Source of the DNA: Thermoproteota archaeon
GTDB taxonomy: Archaea > Thermoproteota > Thermoprotei > Gearchaeales > Gearchaeaceae
Direction: 5' to 3'
DNA length: 64,000 nt
Assembly: GCA_041640715.1 (NCBI GenBank)
Contig: JBEPZU010000001.1
Span: 132,816-196,815 of the forward strand
This document shows, one piece after another, positions 1 to 8,644 of this stretch. The translations under genes and the position numbers were made by a program. The stretch's first letter is position 1. Each line of letters starts with the position of its first letter. The notes under the pieces were generated by a model. It did no database searches. It was not told the DNA's origin and saw only the letters and a program-made list of their open reading frames with translations.

Positions 1-33
1 ATTAGCTTTTAGTGTGGCCAGAGCTTTATTATC

Positions 34-486
34 GTGAAGAAAAGAGCGCTCGATGAATTAGACTTAAAGATCCTCAAGCTTCTCATAGAGAACGGAAGAC
101 TTTCTGCTAGAAAGCTTGCAGCGATGCTAGAGGTATCCGTAGGTACTGTGATAAAAAGAATAGAGAGATTGGAAAAAGAAAAATTGATCCTCGGTTATTC
201 AGCCATTGTAGATCACGCAAGACTAGGATATGAGCTTGCATCAATAATAGAGGTTAGGGTTTCACAAGGCAAACTTTTGGAAGTTGAAAACCAAATAGCT
301 AAAATACCCAATGTATACGGAGTTTACGATATAACAGGGGATTATGATGCAGTAATATTGGCTAAATTCAAAAGCAGAAAAGAAATGGACGATTTCATAA
401 AAAATCTTTTAGCTATGCCTTATATCGAAAGGACTAGAACGCATTTTGTTTTAAATATAGTAAAAGAAGATAACAGATTTATATGA
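34..486 (+). CDS. Lrp/AsnC family transcriptional regulator
   Basis: N-terminal HTH (LDELDLKILKLLIENGRLSARKLA...RIERLE), C-terminal RAM domain (VYDITGDYDAVI); GTG start. Confidence 0.93.
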   Translation: MKKRALDELDLKILKLLIENGRLSARKLAAMLEVSVGTVIKRIERLEKEKLILGYSAIVDHARLGYELASIIEVRVSQGKLLEVENQIAKIPNVYGVYDITGDYDAVILAKFKSRKEMDDFIKNLLAMPYIERTRTHFVLNIVKEDNRFI

Positions 487-1238
487 ACGATAGAGGAGCT
501 ATTTGCTTAGTAAGCGGAGGAGTAGATAGTGTAACTTGCTTGTTTTATGTCAAAAAGAAGATCGTTCCTTCTGATTTAAAGATAATATTTTGTAATTATG
601 GGCAAAGGACTTATTATGAAGAGAAATACTGCATAGAAAAGATAGCTGCATTTCTTAATACAGAGTTTAAAATAATAAACATAAGTTGGTTGGGGGAGAT
701 TAGTACTTCCCTTTTGGTCAGAAAGGATTTGGAAATACCGGAGACGAAGCTAGAGGATCTCTATGACTTGGAGAAGGCTAAAGCTAGAATACTTAAGTGG
801 TGGGATCCTGTTAGAAATGCACTCTTGATATTCGTAGCTCTAGCTCATTCTGAGTCTTTAGACATAAAATTCGGTAAAAAGTACGATGTTTACATAGGAA
901 TAAGAAGGGAGACCCCTATAGCTATGAAGGACAATACACCTGAATTCATAGAAGAAATGAACAGGCTTGCTGAGATAGCCACACATTTAGGGGGTTATAA
1001 AATCTATGCTCCTCTTATTACTTATGACAAAGACAAAGTAGTTAAATTAGGGGAAGAGTTAGAAGTACCTTGGCAGTATACATACAGTTGCTATAGAGGT
1101 GGTTTAGGGTTTAAGAAAATAGACGGTGAGGAAATACCCATTCACTGTGGTTGGTGTAGCAATTGTAAGAGAAGAGCTCTCGCTTTTAAGGAAGCAGGAG
1201 TTAAGGATCCCTCAGTATATCTAAAGTTTCCTCTGTGA
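483..1238 (+). CDS. queC: QueC-family PP-loop ATPase (7-cyano-7-deazaguanine synthase-like)
   Basis: SGGVDS PP-loop, YGQR, PVRN, TYSCY and HCGWCSNC Zn ligands; ATGA overlap with the Lrp gene. Confidence 0.8.
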   Translation: MNDRGAICLVSGGVDSVTCLFYVKKKIVPSDLKIIFCNYGQRTYYEEKYCIEKIAAFLNTEFKIINISWLGEISTSLLVRKDLEIPETKLEDLYDLEKAKARILKWWDPVRNALLIFVALAHSESLDIKFGKKYDVYIGIRRETPIAMKDNTPEFIEEMNRLAEIATHLGGYKIYAPLITYDKDKVVKLGEELEVPWQYTYSCYRGGLGFKKIDGEEIPIHCGWCSNCKRRALAFKEAGVKDPSVYLKFPL

Positions 1239-1402
1239 TGACTCAGCAAGAATTTGGGGAATAACGTCAAATTTCTCTATTGGCGTTAATTTTGTTTCTA
1301 TGATTTATATTCTAAGCCTTATGGATTAACAATGATTCCTTCACTTCGTTTTCCTCGAATCCTCCTTTGATTTTAATATGCATAAAGAAGGGAGGTAAAG
1401 CT

Positions 1403-1675
1403 ATGATGTTGTATCTAACTCAAGGTTTTTTGCGTGAATGTCCTAAGTAAAGAACAAAAATATTTATCAAGAGATTCGCTGAGCCGAGCATCGAGGATAG
1501 CAGATTTGATGGTGTAGAATATGAATATGGATGTCCTAGCATAAAACATTGTTTAGTTTATTATCATGCGAAAATTTCAGGAATATTCCAGCAAAAAGTA
1601 GTTAAAACGATAAAGGGAGAGGAACAAACCACTGATTTTCTTCAAAAGGAATTATCGCACGATAAACAGCGTTGA
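1403..1675 (+). pseudogene. Possible small Cys-containing gene interrupted by an in-frame TAA
   Basis: GGAGGT upstream of ATG 1403; frame reads MMLYLTQGFLRECPK*RTKIF...GCPSIKHC...DKQR* with a single internal TAA at 1448-1450 and ends at 1675, abutting the next gene. Confidence 0.35.
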
Positions 1676-2548
1676 TTAAAGTAAGATTTCCAAAGGTTTA
1701 GGGTCGATATAAATGCCTAAGAAAATCAATGCTAAGTAAGGCGTAGAGAACTTGAACAATAACCACGACTTTTCCTTCGAAGGATTGATTAAAATTGAGA
1801 ACGCTATTGTTAAGAATATTAAGTTCAAAGCAATGCTGAAAACTATGAAGAATAAGCTCATACTTCCTATGTATGCTAGTATTAGGGATATGAAAGGTAA
1901 AGGCAAAGATGATATAGCGATAAATCTAGCAGCTCTCTTATCATCCACCATTGCTGTGAGCATTTTTATTCCTGCATTCTGATAGTCATCTTTCAATCTT
2001 AAGGCTAAAGCCCATATATGCGGATTTGTCCAGAAATAAATCAACATCCCTAAAAGGAATGCGAAAAGGTTAAAAGAACCCGTTGCAGCGCTCCATCCTC
2101 CCCAAGCTGTACAAGAACCTGCGAATCCTCCTATTATGACGTTGAGCCATGTTCGTTTTTTGATGAAAGTATATATCATGTATATTATAGTGGCCAAAGC
2201 AATGAATGAAGCAGTCAAAGCGTTGATGAAGAAATAGCTTATAAGGAAACCGGCTATAACTAGCGAAATCCCTGAGTATAAGGCAAAGCTCTTCGATATC
2301 GTCCCTTTAACCAAAGGTCTCTTTTTTGTTCTATCCATTATTCTATCAGTTTCAACTTCTAGGTATTCGTTCAAAGCTCCATTGCCCATTATCGCAAATG
2401 TACCTCCTATTATCATGAAGAGGAACTTATCCAAAGAGAATTCATAACCTGCTTTTAAAGCGATTAAATAAGAAAAAATTGCTGTGAATATGAGCAATGT
2501 CCACACTCTAAATTTATAAAGCCTTATATAATCCTTGACTTTTCCCAT
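1676..2548 (-). CDS. cyoE: Protoheme IX farnesyltransferase (heme O synthase, UbiA family)
   Basis: NEYLEVETDRIMDRTKKRPL, KKRTWLNVIIGGFAG, FWTNPHIWALA, DDYQNAGIKML motifs; multi-pass membrane protein. Confidence 0.93.
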   Translation of the reverse strand: MGKVKDYIRLYKFRVWTLLIFTAIFSYLIALKAGYEFSLDKFLFMIIGGTFAIMGNGALNEYLEVETDRIMDRTKKRPLVKGTISKSFALYSGISLVIAGFLISYFFINALTASFIALATIIYMIYTFIKKRTWLNVIIGGFAGSCTAWGGWSAATGSFNLFAFLLGMLIYFWTNPHIWALALRLKDDYQNAGIKMLTAMVDDKRAARFIAISSLPLPFISLILAYIGSMSLFFIVFSIALNLIFLTIAFSILINPSKEKSWLLFKFSTPYLALIFLGIYIDPKPLEILL

Positions 2549-2605
2549 TTCTTCTTATTCTCTACTAACCAACTTAATAACATTTCTATAGATTTATTAA
2601 GAGTA

Positions 2606-3097
2606 ATGGCTGTAAGTTTTGCAGCGATATCTTTAATATTAAGGGACTCTGAAGGTAAAAGAGAAGCTTTATTTATAAAAAGGAAGGTGAGAAAGGATGA
2701 TCCATGGTCAGGAGATATAGGGTTGCCTGGAGGCAAACATAAATTAGAGGATGGAAATTTGCTAAATACTGCGATAAGGGAAACTTTAGAAGAAGTAAAC
2801 ATAGATTTGAGAAAACATAAATTGCTAGGAGATCTGCCATATGTAACAAGTCGCATCTGTAGGGATCTGAAGGTTAAGCCCTTCATTTTCTTTCTAGAAG
2901 GGAATGAAAAGATAAAAAAAGGAGAAGAGATAGAGCAGGTTTTCTGGATACCTTTAAGCTCTCTACAGAAAAAGAGGATCATGATAAGCAAAATAAAAAA
3001 GAGAAGAATGGCTTTCGTTTATAACGATTTAGTGATATGGGGCTTGACTTTTAGGGTACTTAGCTTAGCGAAACGAAAATATCCTCAATTCTTTTAG
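2606..3097 (+). CDS. Nudix hydrolase, CoA-pyrophosphatase-like
   Basis: DPWSGDIGLPGG followed by Nudix box TAIRETLEEVNI; C-terminal IWGLT. Confidence 0.88.
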   Translation: MAVSFAAISLILRDSEGKREALFIKRKVRKDDPWSGDIGLPGGKHKLEDGNLLNTAIRETLEEVNIDLRKHKLLGDLPYVTSRICRDLKVKPFIFFLEGNEKIKKGEEIEQVFWIPLSSLQKKRIMISKIKKRRMAFVYNDLVIWGLTFRVLSLAKRKYPQFF

Positions 3098-3353
3098 CGA
3101 GTTCGAAATCTAACTCTGTTATTCCTCCTTCATCATGCGTGGTTAGTCTTATTATGAGATTATTGTAATCTTTTATCTCCAAATCAGGATGGTGTTCTAG
3201 TTCCTCTGCTATGGGCACTATCTTATTCACGAATTCCACTGCTGAAACGAAATCTTTGAATTTCATCCTTCTAACCAGATAATTTCCTTCTCTATTCCAA
3301 TTCTTCAATTCCTTGAGCTTATTATTTATTTCTTCTTCGTTTAATCTAACCAT
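3060..3353 (-). CDS. Pterin-4-alpha-carbinolamine dehydratase family protein
   Basis: AEELEHHPDL, LTTHDEGGITELDFELA signature. Confidence 0.92.
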   Translation of the reverse strand: MVRLNEEEINNKLKELKNWNREGNYLVRRMKFKDFVSAVEFVNKIVPIAEELEHHPDLEIKDYNNLIIRLTTHDEGGITELDFELAKRIEDIFVSLS

Positions 3354-3363
3354 GATCTTTATT

Positions 3364-3777
3364 TCAAAAACAAATTATTAAATCTGCTTGAGATAAAATC
3401 GAAGTTATTTCAAAGATCGTGGCAGGTTCAAAGAAATCCTCGATTTTTGAAACGTCTCCTAGTTTATTGGAAATTTTCAAGGCTACCAAAGAAGTATCGC
3501 ATACTTTAAACTCAGTTTCGTATTTCCTCTTGAGCAAAATTAAAAGATCCTTATGGTTTTTAACCTCTTTGAGGTCCAATCCAGTTTGTGCACTTATTAT
3601 TTTCTTGAAGTTTTCTTCTATAGGTATAGAAATCTCTTTGAGGGCTAGTTTTACCCCTTCTTCGATCAGTATTAATGATGAGTCCTGTGTTTTAGCTAAA
3701 AGGAATGCAAGGTATGAAAGGGATATTAGATCAGTTTCGTTGCCTAAAAATTTGGTTATTACAATACAGGCTTTCAC
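3364..3777 (-). CDS. DsrE/DsrF-like protein
   Basis: LILIEEGVKLA, FKVCDTSL (conserved Cys position), C-terminal ADLIICF typical of DsrE fold. Confidence 0.6.
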   Translation of the reverse strand: MKACIVITKFLGNETDLISLSYLAFLLAKTQDSSLILIEEGVKLALKEISIPIEENFKKIISAQTGLDLKEVKNHKDLLILLKRKYETEFKVCDTSLVALKISNKLGDVSKIEDFFEPATIFEITSILSQADLIICF

Positions 3778-4004
3778 TATCCTTTAGCCTCCATTTCTAC
3801 TGTTCTATCTTCTCCTACTTTGAAAACCTTATCATAAATATGTAAAGATATTGCTAGGAGGATTAGTATAAGAGCTATGAATGTTCCTGCATTTCTTTGG
3901 TTTTCATACTCTATAAAGGGATATTGAAGGTAAGTGAGAACGGTCAAAATTATTTGTATCACAACGATCAGGGCTATTATTATTGTAGCGGTTTTCTGAT
4001 CCAT
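3777..4004 (-). CDS. Small two-helix membrane protein
   Basis: 75 aa, two hydrophobic stretches, coupled to neighbours in the Rieske/cyt b operon. Confidence 0.6.
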   Translation of the reverse strand: MDQKTATIIIALIVVIQIILTVLTYLQYPFIEYENQRNAGTFIALILILLAISLHIYDKVFKVGEDRTVEMEAKG

Positions 4005-4009
4005 TTTCT

Positions 4010-4213
4010 CTATACGTTATAATACTTGTATATAAGCGTTATGAAAAACATCGAGAAGAATATTACAGCGAATCCTAATGCAGCTGTGCCTGTTAATATG
4101 TAGATGTTGTAATTCCCTGTTAGTAATATTTTAATAGCTTTGCTCAGAAGGTAAACAGCGGCTATGAAAATCATTAGAATGGAAGTTAAGATGAAATATA
4201 TTCTCAAAGCCAT
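4010..4213 (-). CDS. Small two-helix membrane protein
   Basis: 67 aa, two hydrophobic stretches; start overlaps cytochrome b stop. Confidence 0.6.
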   Translation of the reverse strand: MALRIYFILTSILMIFIAAVYLLSKAIKILLTGNYNIYILTGTAALGFAVIFFSMFFITLIYKYYNV

Positions 4214-5448
4214 TTCTTTTTCTTGTAAATTAGGTAACTTGTAGCGAAAACAGCTAAAGCTACGATGACCGTTAAGAAGCTCACCAAGAAGAAATCTGTA
4301 GATTCCTCGAAGCTAAGTCCGAATCCAAAGTCTAAATAAGTTTTGAATAGAAAGATGATTATAGTATATAAAACTGCCTCAGCTAACAGTATACTTGATA
4401 TAGTTACAAAGGCGAATCTATATCTTATATGAACTTCTCTTCTCCTATCAATAAAGGGTAAAAGGAGTATGTAAAGTCCAGCTATCAACAATACTCCTAT
4501 GGTTGTGAACGTGGCAACATCTTGGACTCCTAAACTCCTCATGAAGTTAACATATGGTTCAGGGAATCTTAATCTTACGATTTCATAAACGAAGAAGAAA
4601 TACCACTCTGGTAAAGGTATTTCTACTAAAGGTTGTGTAGGATCGTATGGTTCTCCTAGCTCAGCTGGGAATAAAGAAGCCATTAAAATGACTATCGCTG
4701 TAACTATTAAAGCCCATTTACCTATGTATACGGCGCCTTTGGGGAACCATATATAATGTTTGATTCTTTTGTTTTTCTTCAAATCTCTTAAAGGGTCGAA
4801 TGCTCCATGGATTTCGAACATGTAAAGCTTTATTGCGAGTAAGATGAGAATGCTACCTGGTATTATGAATACGTGAAGCATGTAAAATCTTTGTACCAAA
4901 TCTTGAGTCCCTAAGCCTTCCATTAAGTATCCAATAACGCCTCCTAGGTAGGGTATTTGTAGAGCGAAGTTATAACCTACTTGGGTTGCATATACAGCCT
5001 GAGCTGTATAGGGCAAAAGATAACCCGTGAAAGCTTGGGTTAGAACTAGAAGACCTAATAGCAAGCTTATTATCCACATAAATTCTCTTGGTCTTTTATA
5101 AGCTCCTGATATTACTTGTCTGAAGAAATGAAGGGCTGCAGAGATGAGCATACCATAAGCGGAGTATAAATGCAAGGTTCTAAGAGTTAAACCAAAAGGT
5201 ATGTTTTCATCCACGAATTTCACGCTAGAGTAAGCTTTAGGCATACCATTACTATCTGGTGCACTCGTAGGTATGAAATAGAACGCTAATAAAACTCCTG
5301 AAATCACTAGTATAACGAAGAAAGTTAAATTAATAGCGCCTAGCCAGTAGGAAATCTTGAAAGAATATTCAGGTATAGGTCTTAAAAAAGTATTGCTTAT
5401 TCCTATTCTTTTATCAAACCAATCGATTAATTTTTTAATCGAGCTCAT
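4204..5448 (-). CDS. Cytochrome b of a Rieske/cyt b complex (SoxN/SoxC-like, fused b plus subunit IV)
   Basis: RTLHLYSA...ALHFFR His pair, YKRPREFMW, FTGYLLP, RFYMLH, PEWY motif, LLPFIDR. Confidence 0.93.
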   Translation of the reverse strand: MSSIKKLIDWFDKRIGISNTFLRPIPEYSFKISYWLGAINLTFFVILVISGVLLAFYFIPTSAPDSNGMPKAYSSVKFVDENIPFGLTLRTLHLYSAYGMLISAALHFFRQVISGAYKRPREFMWIISLLLGLLVLTQAFTGYLLPYTAQAVYATQVGYNFALQIPYLGGVIGYLMEGLGTQDLVQRFYMLHVFIIPGSILILLAIKLYMFEIHGAFDPLRDLKKNKRIKHYIWFPKGAVYIGKWALIVTAIVILMASLFPAELGEPYDPTQPLVEIPLPEWYFFFVYEIVRLRFPEPYVNFMRSLGVQDVATFTTIGVLLIAGLYILLLPFIDRRREVHIRYRFAFVTISSILLAEAVLYTIIIFLFKTYLDFGFGLSFEESTDFFLVSFLTVIVALAVFATSYLIYKKKKWL

Positions 5449-6092
5449 GCTCGTGCACCACAGGTTATTGCCGTCTTTTCATCTACGATTTCACCGCCAG
5501 TAAATCCAGGTCTTAAATTGTCCTCTAGGTTAACACCTTCTTTTCCTGCAGGACCTTTTCCTAGTACCACAGGTCCTTCCATACCTACAGCATATATATC
5601 GCCTGTCTTTTCATCATATTCTAATAAAACTCTAGGCACTCTCCTAGGAGCAGGTCCAGCTAATACTTTTGCATTGTTTGCTACGTCATAGACGCTTAAA
5701 TGACAAATACAGACAAGCACATTGCTGTACTTATTAAAATAAGGTTCTTTGTCGGGATAGTAATCGCTGATTATGCATCCTAAATGCTGACATATAGCAT
5801 TGAAGGCTACTATGTCCTTATCAGGTCCTATTCCATTTTCCACTGGTTTTCCTGCTTTTACTAAGAGATTGGGTATTCCAGTTAAAGGATAGCAAAACTT
5901 CATAAAACTACCGTTCTTAAGATCTTTTACGTTCGCTATTTTAACCCTAGGATATTTAGGTAGTGCATGTGGAGGCGGAGAAGCAATATAACTTCCTACT
6001 GAAGAAACGCTTGCTATTGCAGTAATAATAGAAGCGCCTATTAGCCCCTTTATGAACGTCCGTCTCTTTTCATCTATTTCATCGTGAGGCAT
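5445..6092 (-). CDS. Rieske [2Fe-2S] protein (SoxL/AioB-like), Tat-exported
   Basis: RRTFIKG Tat motif plus TM helix; CQHLGC and CICHLS Rieske boxes; GPAPR. Confidence 0.93.
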   Translation of the reverse strand: MPHDEIDEKRRTFIKGLIGASIITAIASVSSVGSYIASPPPHALPKYPRVKIANVKDLKNGSFMKFCYPLTGIPNLLVKAGKPVENGIGPDKDIVAFNAICQHLGCIISDYYPDKEPYFNKYSNVLVCICHLSVYDVANNAKVLAGPAPRRVPRVLLEYDEKTGDIYAVGMEGPVVLGKGPAGKEGVNLEDNLRPGFTGGEIVDEKTAITCGARA

Positions 6093-6124
6093 ATGAGAAA
6101 TATTTTAAATCAACTTAAAAATAT

Positions 6125-6156
6125 TTTATATATTTTTATATACAAAAATATATAAA
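6125..6156. promoter_or_regulatory. 13-bp perfect inverted repeat upstream of the Rieske operon (operator or terminator candidate)
   Basis: TTTATATATTTTT (6125-6137), 6-nt spacer, AAAAATATATAAA (6144-6156). Confidence 0.35.
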
Positions 6157-6157
6157 G

Positions 6158-6601
6158 CTAAACTGGGAGTAACTTACTAATTCTTTCACCAACTTTTGAG
6201 ACGAACCATTCATCGTTTTCATCGAAAGCCCCTAGTTCATCGCTATCGATATCTATTTCGCCTATTATTACACCTTCTTTGTAAATAGGCACTACGAGTT
6301 CTGATTTCGTTTCAGGAAAACATGGAAGATAATTAGGGTTTAAGCTTACATCATAAACATTAACTATCCTGTTTTCTCTTACCGCCATTCCGCAAATTCC
6401 TTTTTCTATAGGTATTATCTTGTGTTCTGGTTCCTTATCTCCGCTGAAGGCTAATAACCTTAATTCTTTATCTTTAAGTAAATAAATACCCACCCAGTTG
6501 TAGTGCTTGATTTCTTTTCGCATCATGTCTAGGATTTCCTTTATATCGTTAGAATTTTCTATCTTCTGTAGTAGTTTCACATATTTCCTTTTGATACTCA
6601 T
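6158..6601 (-). CDS. GAF-domain protein, free methionine-R-sulfoxide reductase (fRMsr/MsrC)-like
   Basis: NWVGIYL, KGICG, YLPCFPETKSELVVPI, GEIDIDS. Confidence 0.85.
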   Translation of the reverse strand: MSIKRKYVKLLQKIENSNDIKEILDMMRKEIKHYNWVGIYLLKDKELRLLAFSGDKEPEHKIIPIEKGICGMAVRENRIVNVYDVSLNPNYLPCFPETKSELVVPIYKEGVIIGEIDIDSDELGAFDENDEWFVSKVGERISKLLPV

Positions 6602-6635
6602 AATTTTTTTATATATGCGTGTTTTTTAAAAAACT

Positions 6636-6953
6636 ATGGAGTTTTATAAAATATATTACGAGAATGTCTATGATCTAATATTTCATTTGGTTTCTACAAT
6701 GCCTTTCTCTCCTTTCTACACCTTGAATAAGCTCAAAGATATAGCCTATTTCTATGAAGCTTATGCTGAGAGCATAACTTTGCATTATGCCCATACAAAC
6801 ATAGAACCAGCTATATACGTTTTTGATTCTTCTAAGCTCGAACTAAAGAAGCAGAATGCGGTTCCTAAATTCGTTGAACACGGTTGTTATGTAGTAGTCT
6901 TGAAGAAGATAGGGAAGGATAATTTGTTAACCGAAATCCTGGAATCAGATTAA
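6636..6953 (+). CDS. Hypothetical protein
   Basis: 105-aa ORF in free space, divergent from the GAF gene; no recognised motif. Confidence 0.55.
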   Translation: MEFYKIYYENVYDLIFHLVSTMPFSPFYTLNKLKDIAYFYEAYAESITLHYAHTNIEPAIYVFDSSKLELKKQNAVPKFVEHGCYVVVLKKIGKDNLLTEILESD

Positions 6954-7201
6954 TTGTCAAAGTTAACTTTGGTGTCTTCAAAAAATGAGTTCAGCTTGTT
7001 TACCCATTAAAGATTAGCATGGCTTTGTAATATAATGTTGACTAACTTGAGATCGATGAGGTAAGTTATCGATCTTAGACACGGCTATAAAGGAGCATAG
7101 TGTTTTTACGTATCATCTTTCAAAATTTTACAGTAGCGATTTCATAATGACTTTTAGCTTATTTTAAGTATAAATAAATAAAAGATTCACGAATAGTAGA
7201 T

Positions 7202-8644
7202 ATGGGAAGACTAAAAGAATTAAATATAGAAGAGGATTTTGTATTCGGTTTTGATGATTTCATATTGCTTCCTTCTTATATTTCTATAGAGCCAAGCGAA
7301 ATTTCGCTTGCCACCAATTTCTCTTTAAACAATAAGCTAAACATCCCCTTTGTATCAGCTCCTATGGATACCGTTACTGAAGCAGAGATGGCTATAACTT
7401 TAGCTAGGAATGGAGGCATAGGAGTAATACATAGGAATTGTACTATCGAGGAACAACTAGCGCAGGTAAAGAAAGTGAAAAGGGCCGAGTCCTTCATAAT
7501 AAAAGACGTAATTACCATATCTCCTGAAGCAACTGTGGGAGAAGCGTCTAAGCTAATGGAAGAACATGGTATCTCAGGACTTCCTGTAGTGGACGAGAAT
7601 AACAAACTTGTTGGAATAATAACCGGCAGAGACGTACGTTTCACTTCTTTAGGACTAAAGGTAAAAGAAGCCATGACAAAAGACGTGATAGTAGCTAATG
7701 AGAGAGTGACCCCTGAAGAAGCCATAGATATGATGAGAAAATACAGGATAGAAAAATTACCCGTAGTAGATAAAGAAGGTAAGCTTGTAGGCTTGATAAC
7801 TTATAAAGACGTAAGCCATCGGGGTCTTTATAAGGATGCTATTAGGGACGAACAAGGAAGACTAAAAGTGGCGGCTGCCATTTCTCCTTTTGATTTAGAA
7901 AGAGCTAAGGCTTTAGAAAAATACGTAGATGCCTTGGTAATAGATGTAGCCCATTTTCATAATGAGAATGTAATCTCTGCTACAAAGAACATCATCCAAA
8001 ACGTATCTTGCGATGTAGTAATAGGCAATCTCGGTTCAAAAGAAGGAATTTTGGATTCTTTGTCTAAGTTAGATAAAGTAGCAGGGCTCAGAGTTGGTAT
8101 AGGTAGTGGATCTGTATGTATTACTACTCAAATTACTCATGCCGGCTCCCCAACGCTTTATGCTGTAGCGGTTGCTAAAGAAGCTCTAGAAATGTTAGGG
8201 CTTGACATTCCTATAATCGCAGATGGAGGAATTAGAAACGCTGGAGATATCGCGATATCTATAGCCTTTGGTGCTTCGTGCGTAATGATGGGTTATATGT
8301 TTGCTGCCTGTAAAGAAAGTCCTGCTCCTCTTATGATGATGGGTGGAAGATACTATAAGCTCCATAGAGGTATGGGAAGCGTTAGCGCGAGACAAAAGAG
8401 GTTAAGTATAGATCGTTACGCTAAGTTGCCAAAAGAGATAGCAGAAGGTACTGAAGCATGGATACCCTATAAAGGAGAGGCTTCAAGTGTAATAAAAGAA
8501 CTTGCAGCAGCTTTAAGAGTTGCGATGGGTTATGCAGGAGCAAGGAATATTAAGGAACTTCAAACAAATGCAAAAGTTAAGCGCATATCGGTGCATGCTT
8601 TTTCTAGAGCTTCAGATCTTTTGTTCCCTGGAGAAACTAGATAA
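7202..8644 (+). CDS. guaB: IMP dehydrogenase with CBS pair
   Basis: SAPMDTVTE, GGIGVIHRN, two CBS repeats, catalytic GIGSGSVCIT, IADGGI, RGMGS. Confidence 0.95.
   Translation: MGRLKELNIEEDFVFGFDDFILLPSYISIEPSEISLATNFSLNNKLNIPFVSAPMDTVTEAEMAITLARNGGIGVIHRNCTIEEQLAQVKKVKRAESFIIKDVITISPEATVGEASKLMEEHGISGLPVVDENNKLVGIITGRDVRFTSLGLKVKEAMTKDVIVANERVTPEEAIDMMRKYRIEKLPVVDKEGKLVGLITYKDVSHRGLYKDAIRDEQGRLKVAAAISPFDLERAKALEKYVDALVIDVAHFHNENVISATKNIIQNVSCDVVIGNLGSKEGILDSLSKLDKVAGLRVGIGSGSVCITTQITHAGSPTLYAVAVAKEALEMLGLDIPIIADGGIRNAGDIAISIAFGASCVMMGYMFAACKESPAPLMMMGGRYYKLHRGMGSVSARQKRLSIDRYAKLPKEIAEGTEAWIPYKGEASSVIKELAAALRVAMGYAGARNIKELQTNAKVKRISVHAFSRASDLLFPGETR

Noticed and set aside
1235-1300. GTGATGA C-box-like motif after queC (C/D box sRNA)
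   Set aside because: No CTGA D box at an appropriate distance
5445-6092. Arsenite oxidase small subunit (aioB) call for the Rieske protein
   Set aside because: Sequence resembles AioB/SoxL, but it is coupled to cytochrome b and no molybdopterin large subunit (aioA) is adjacent
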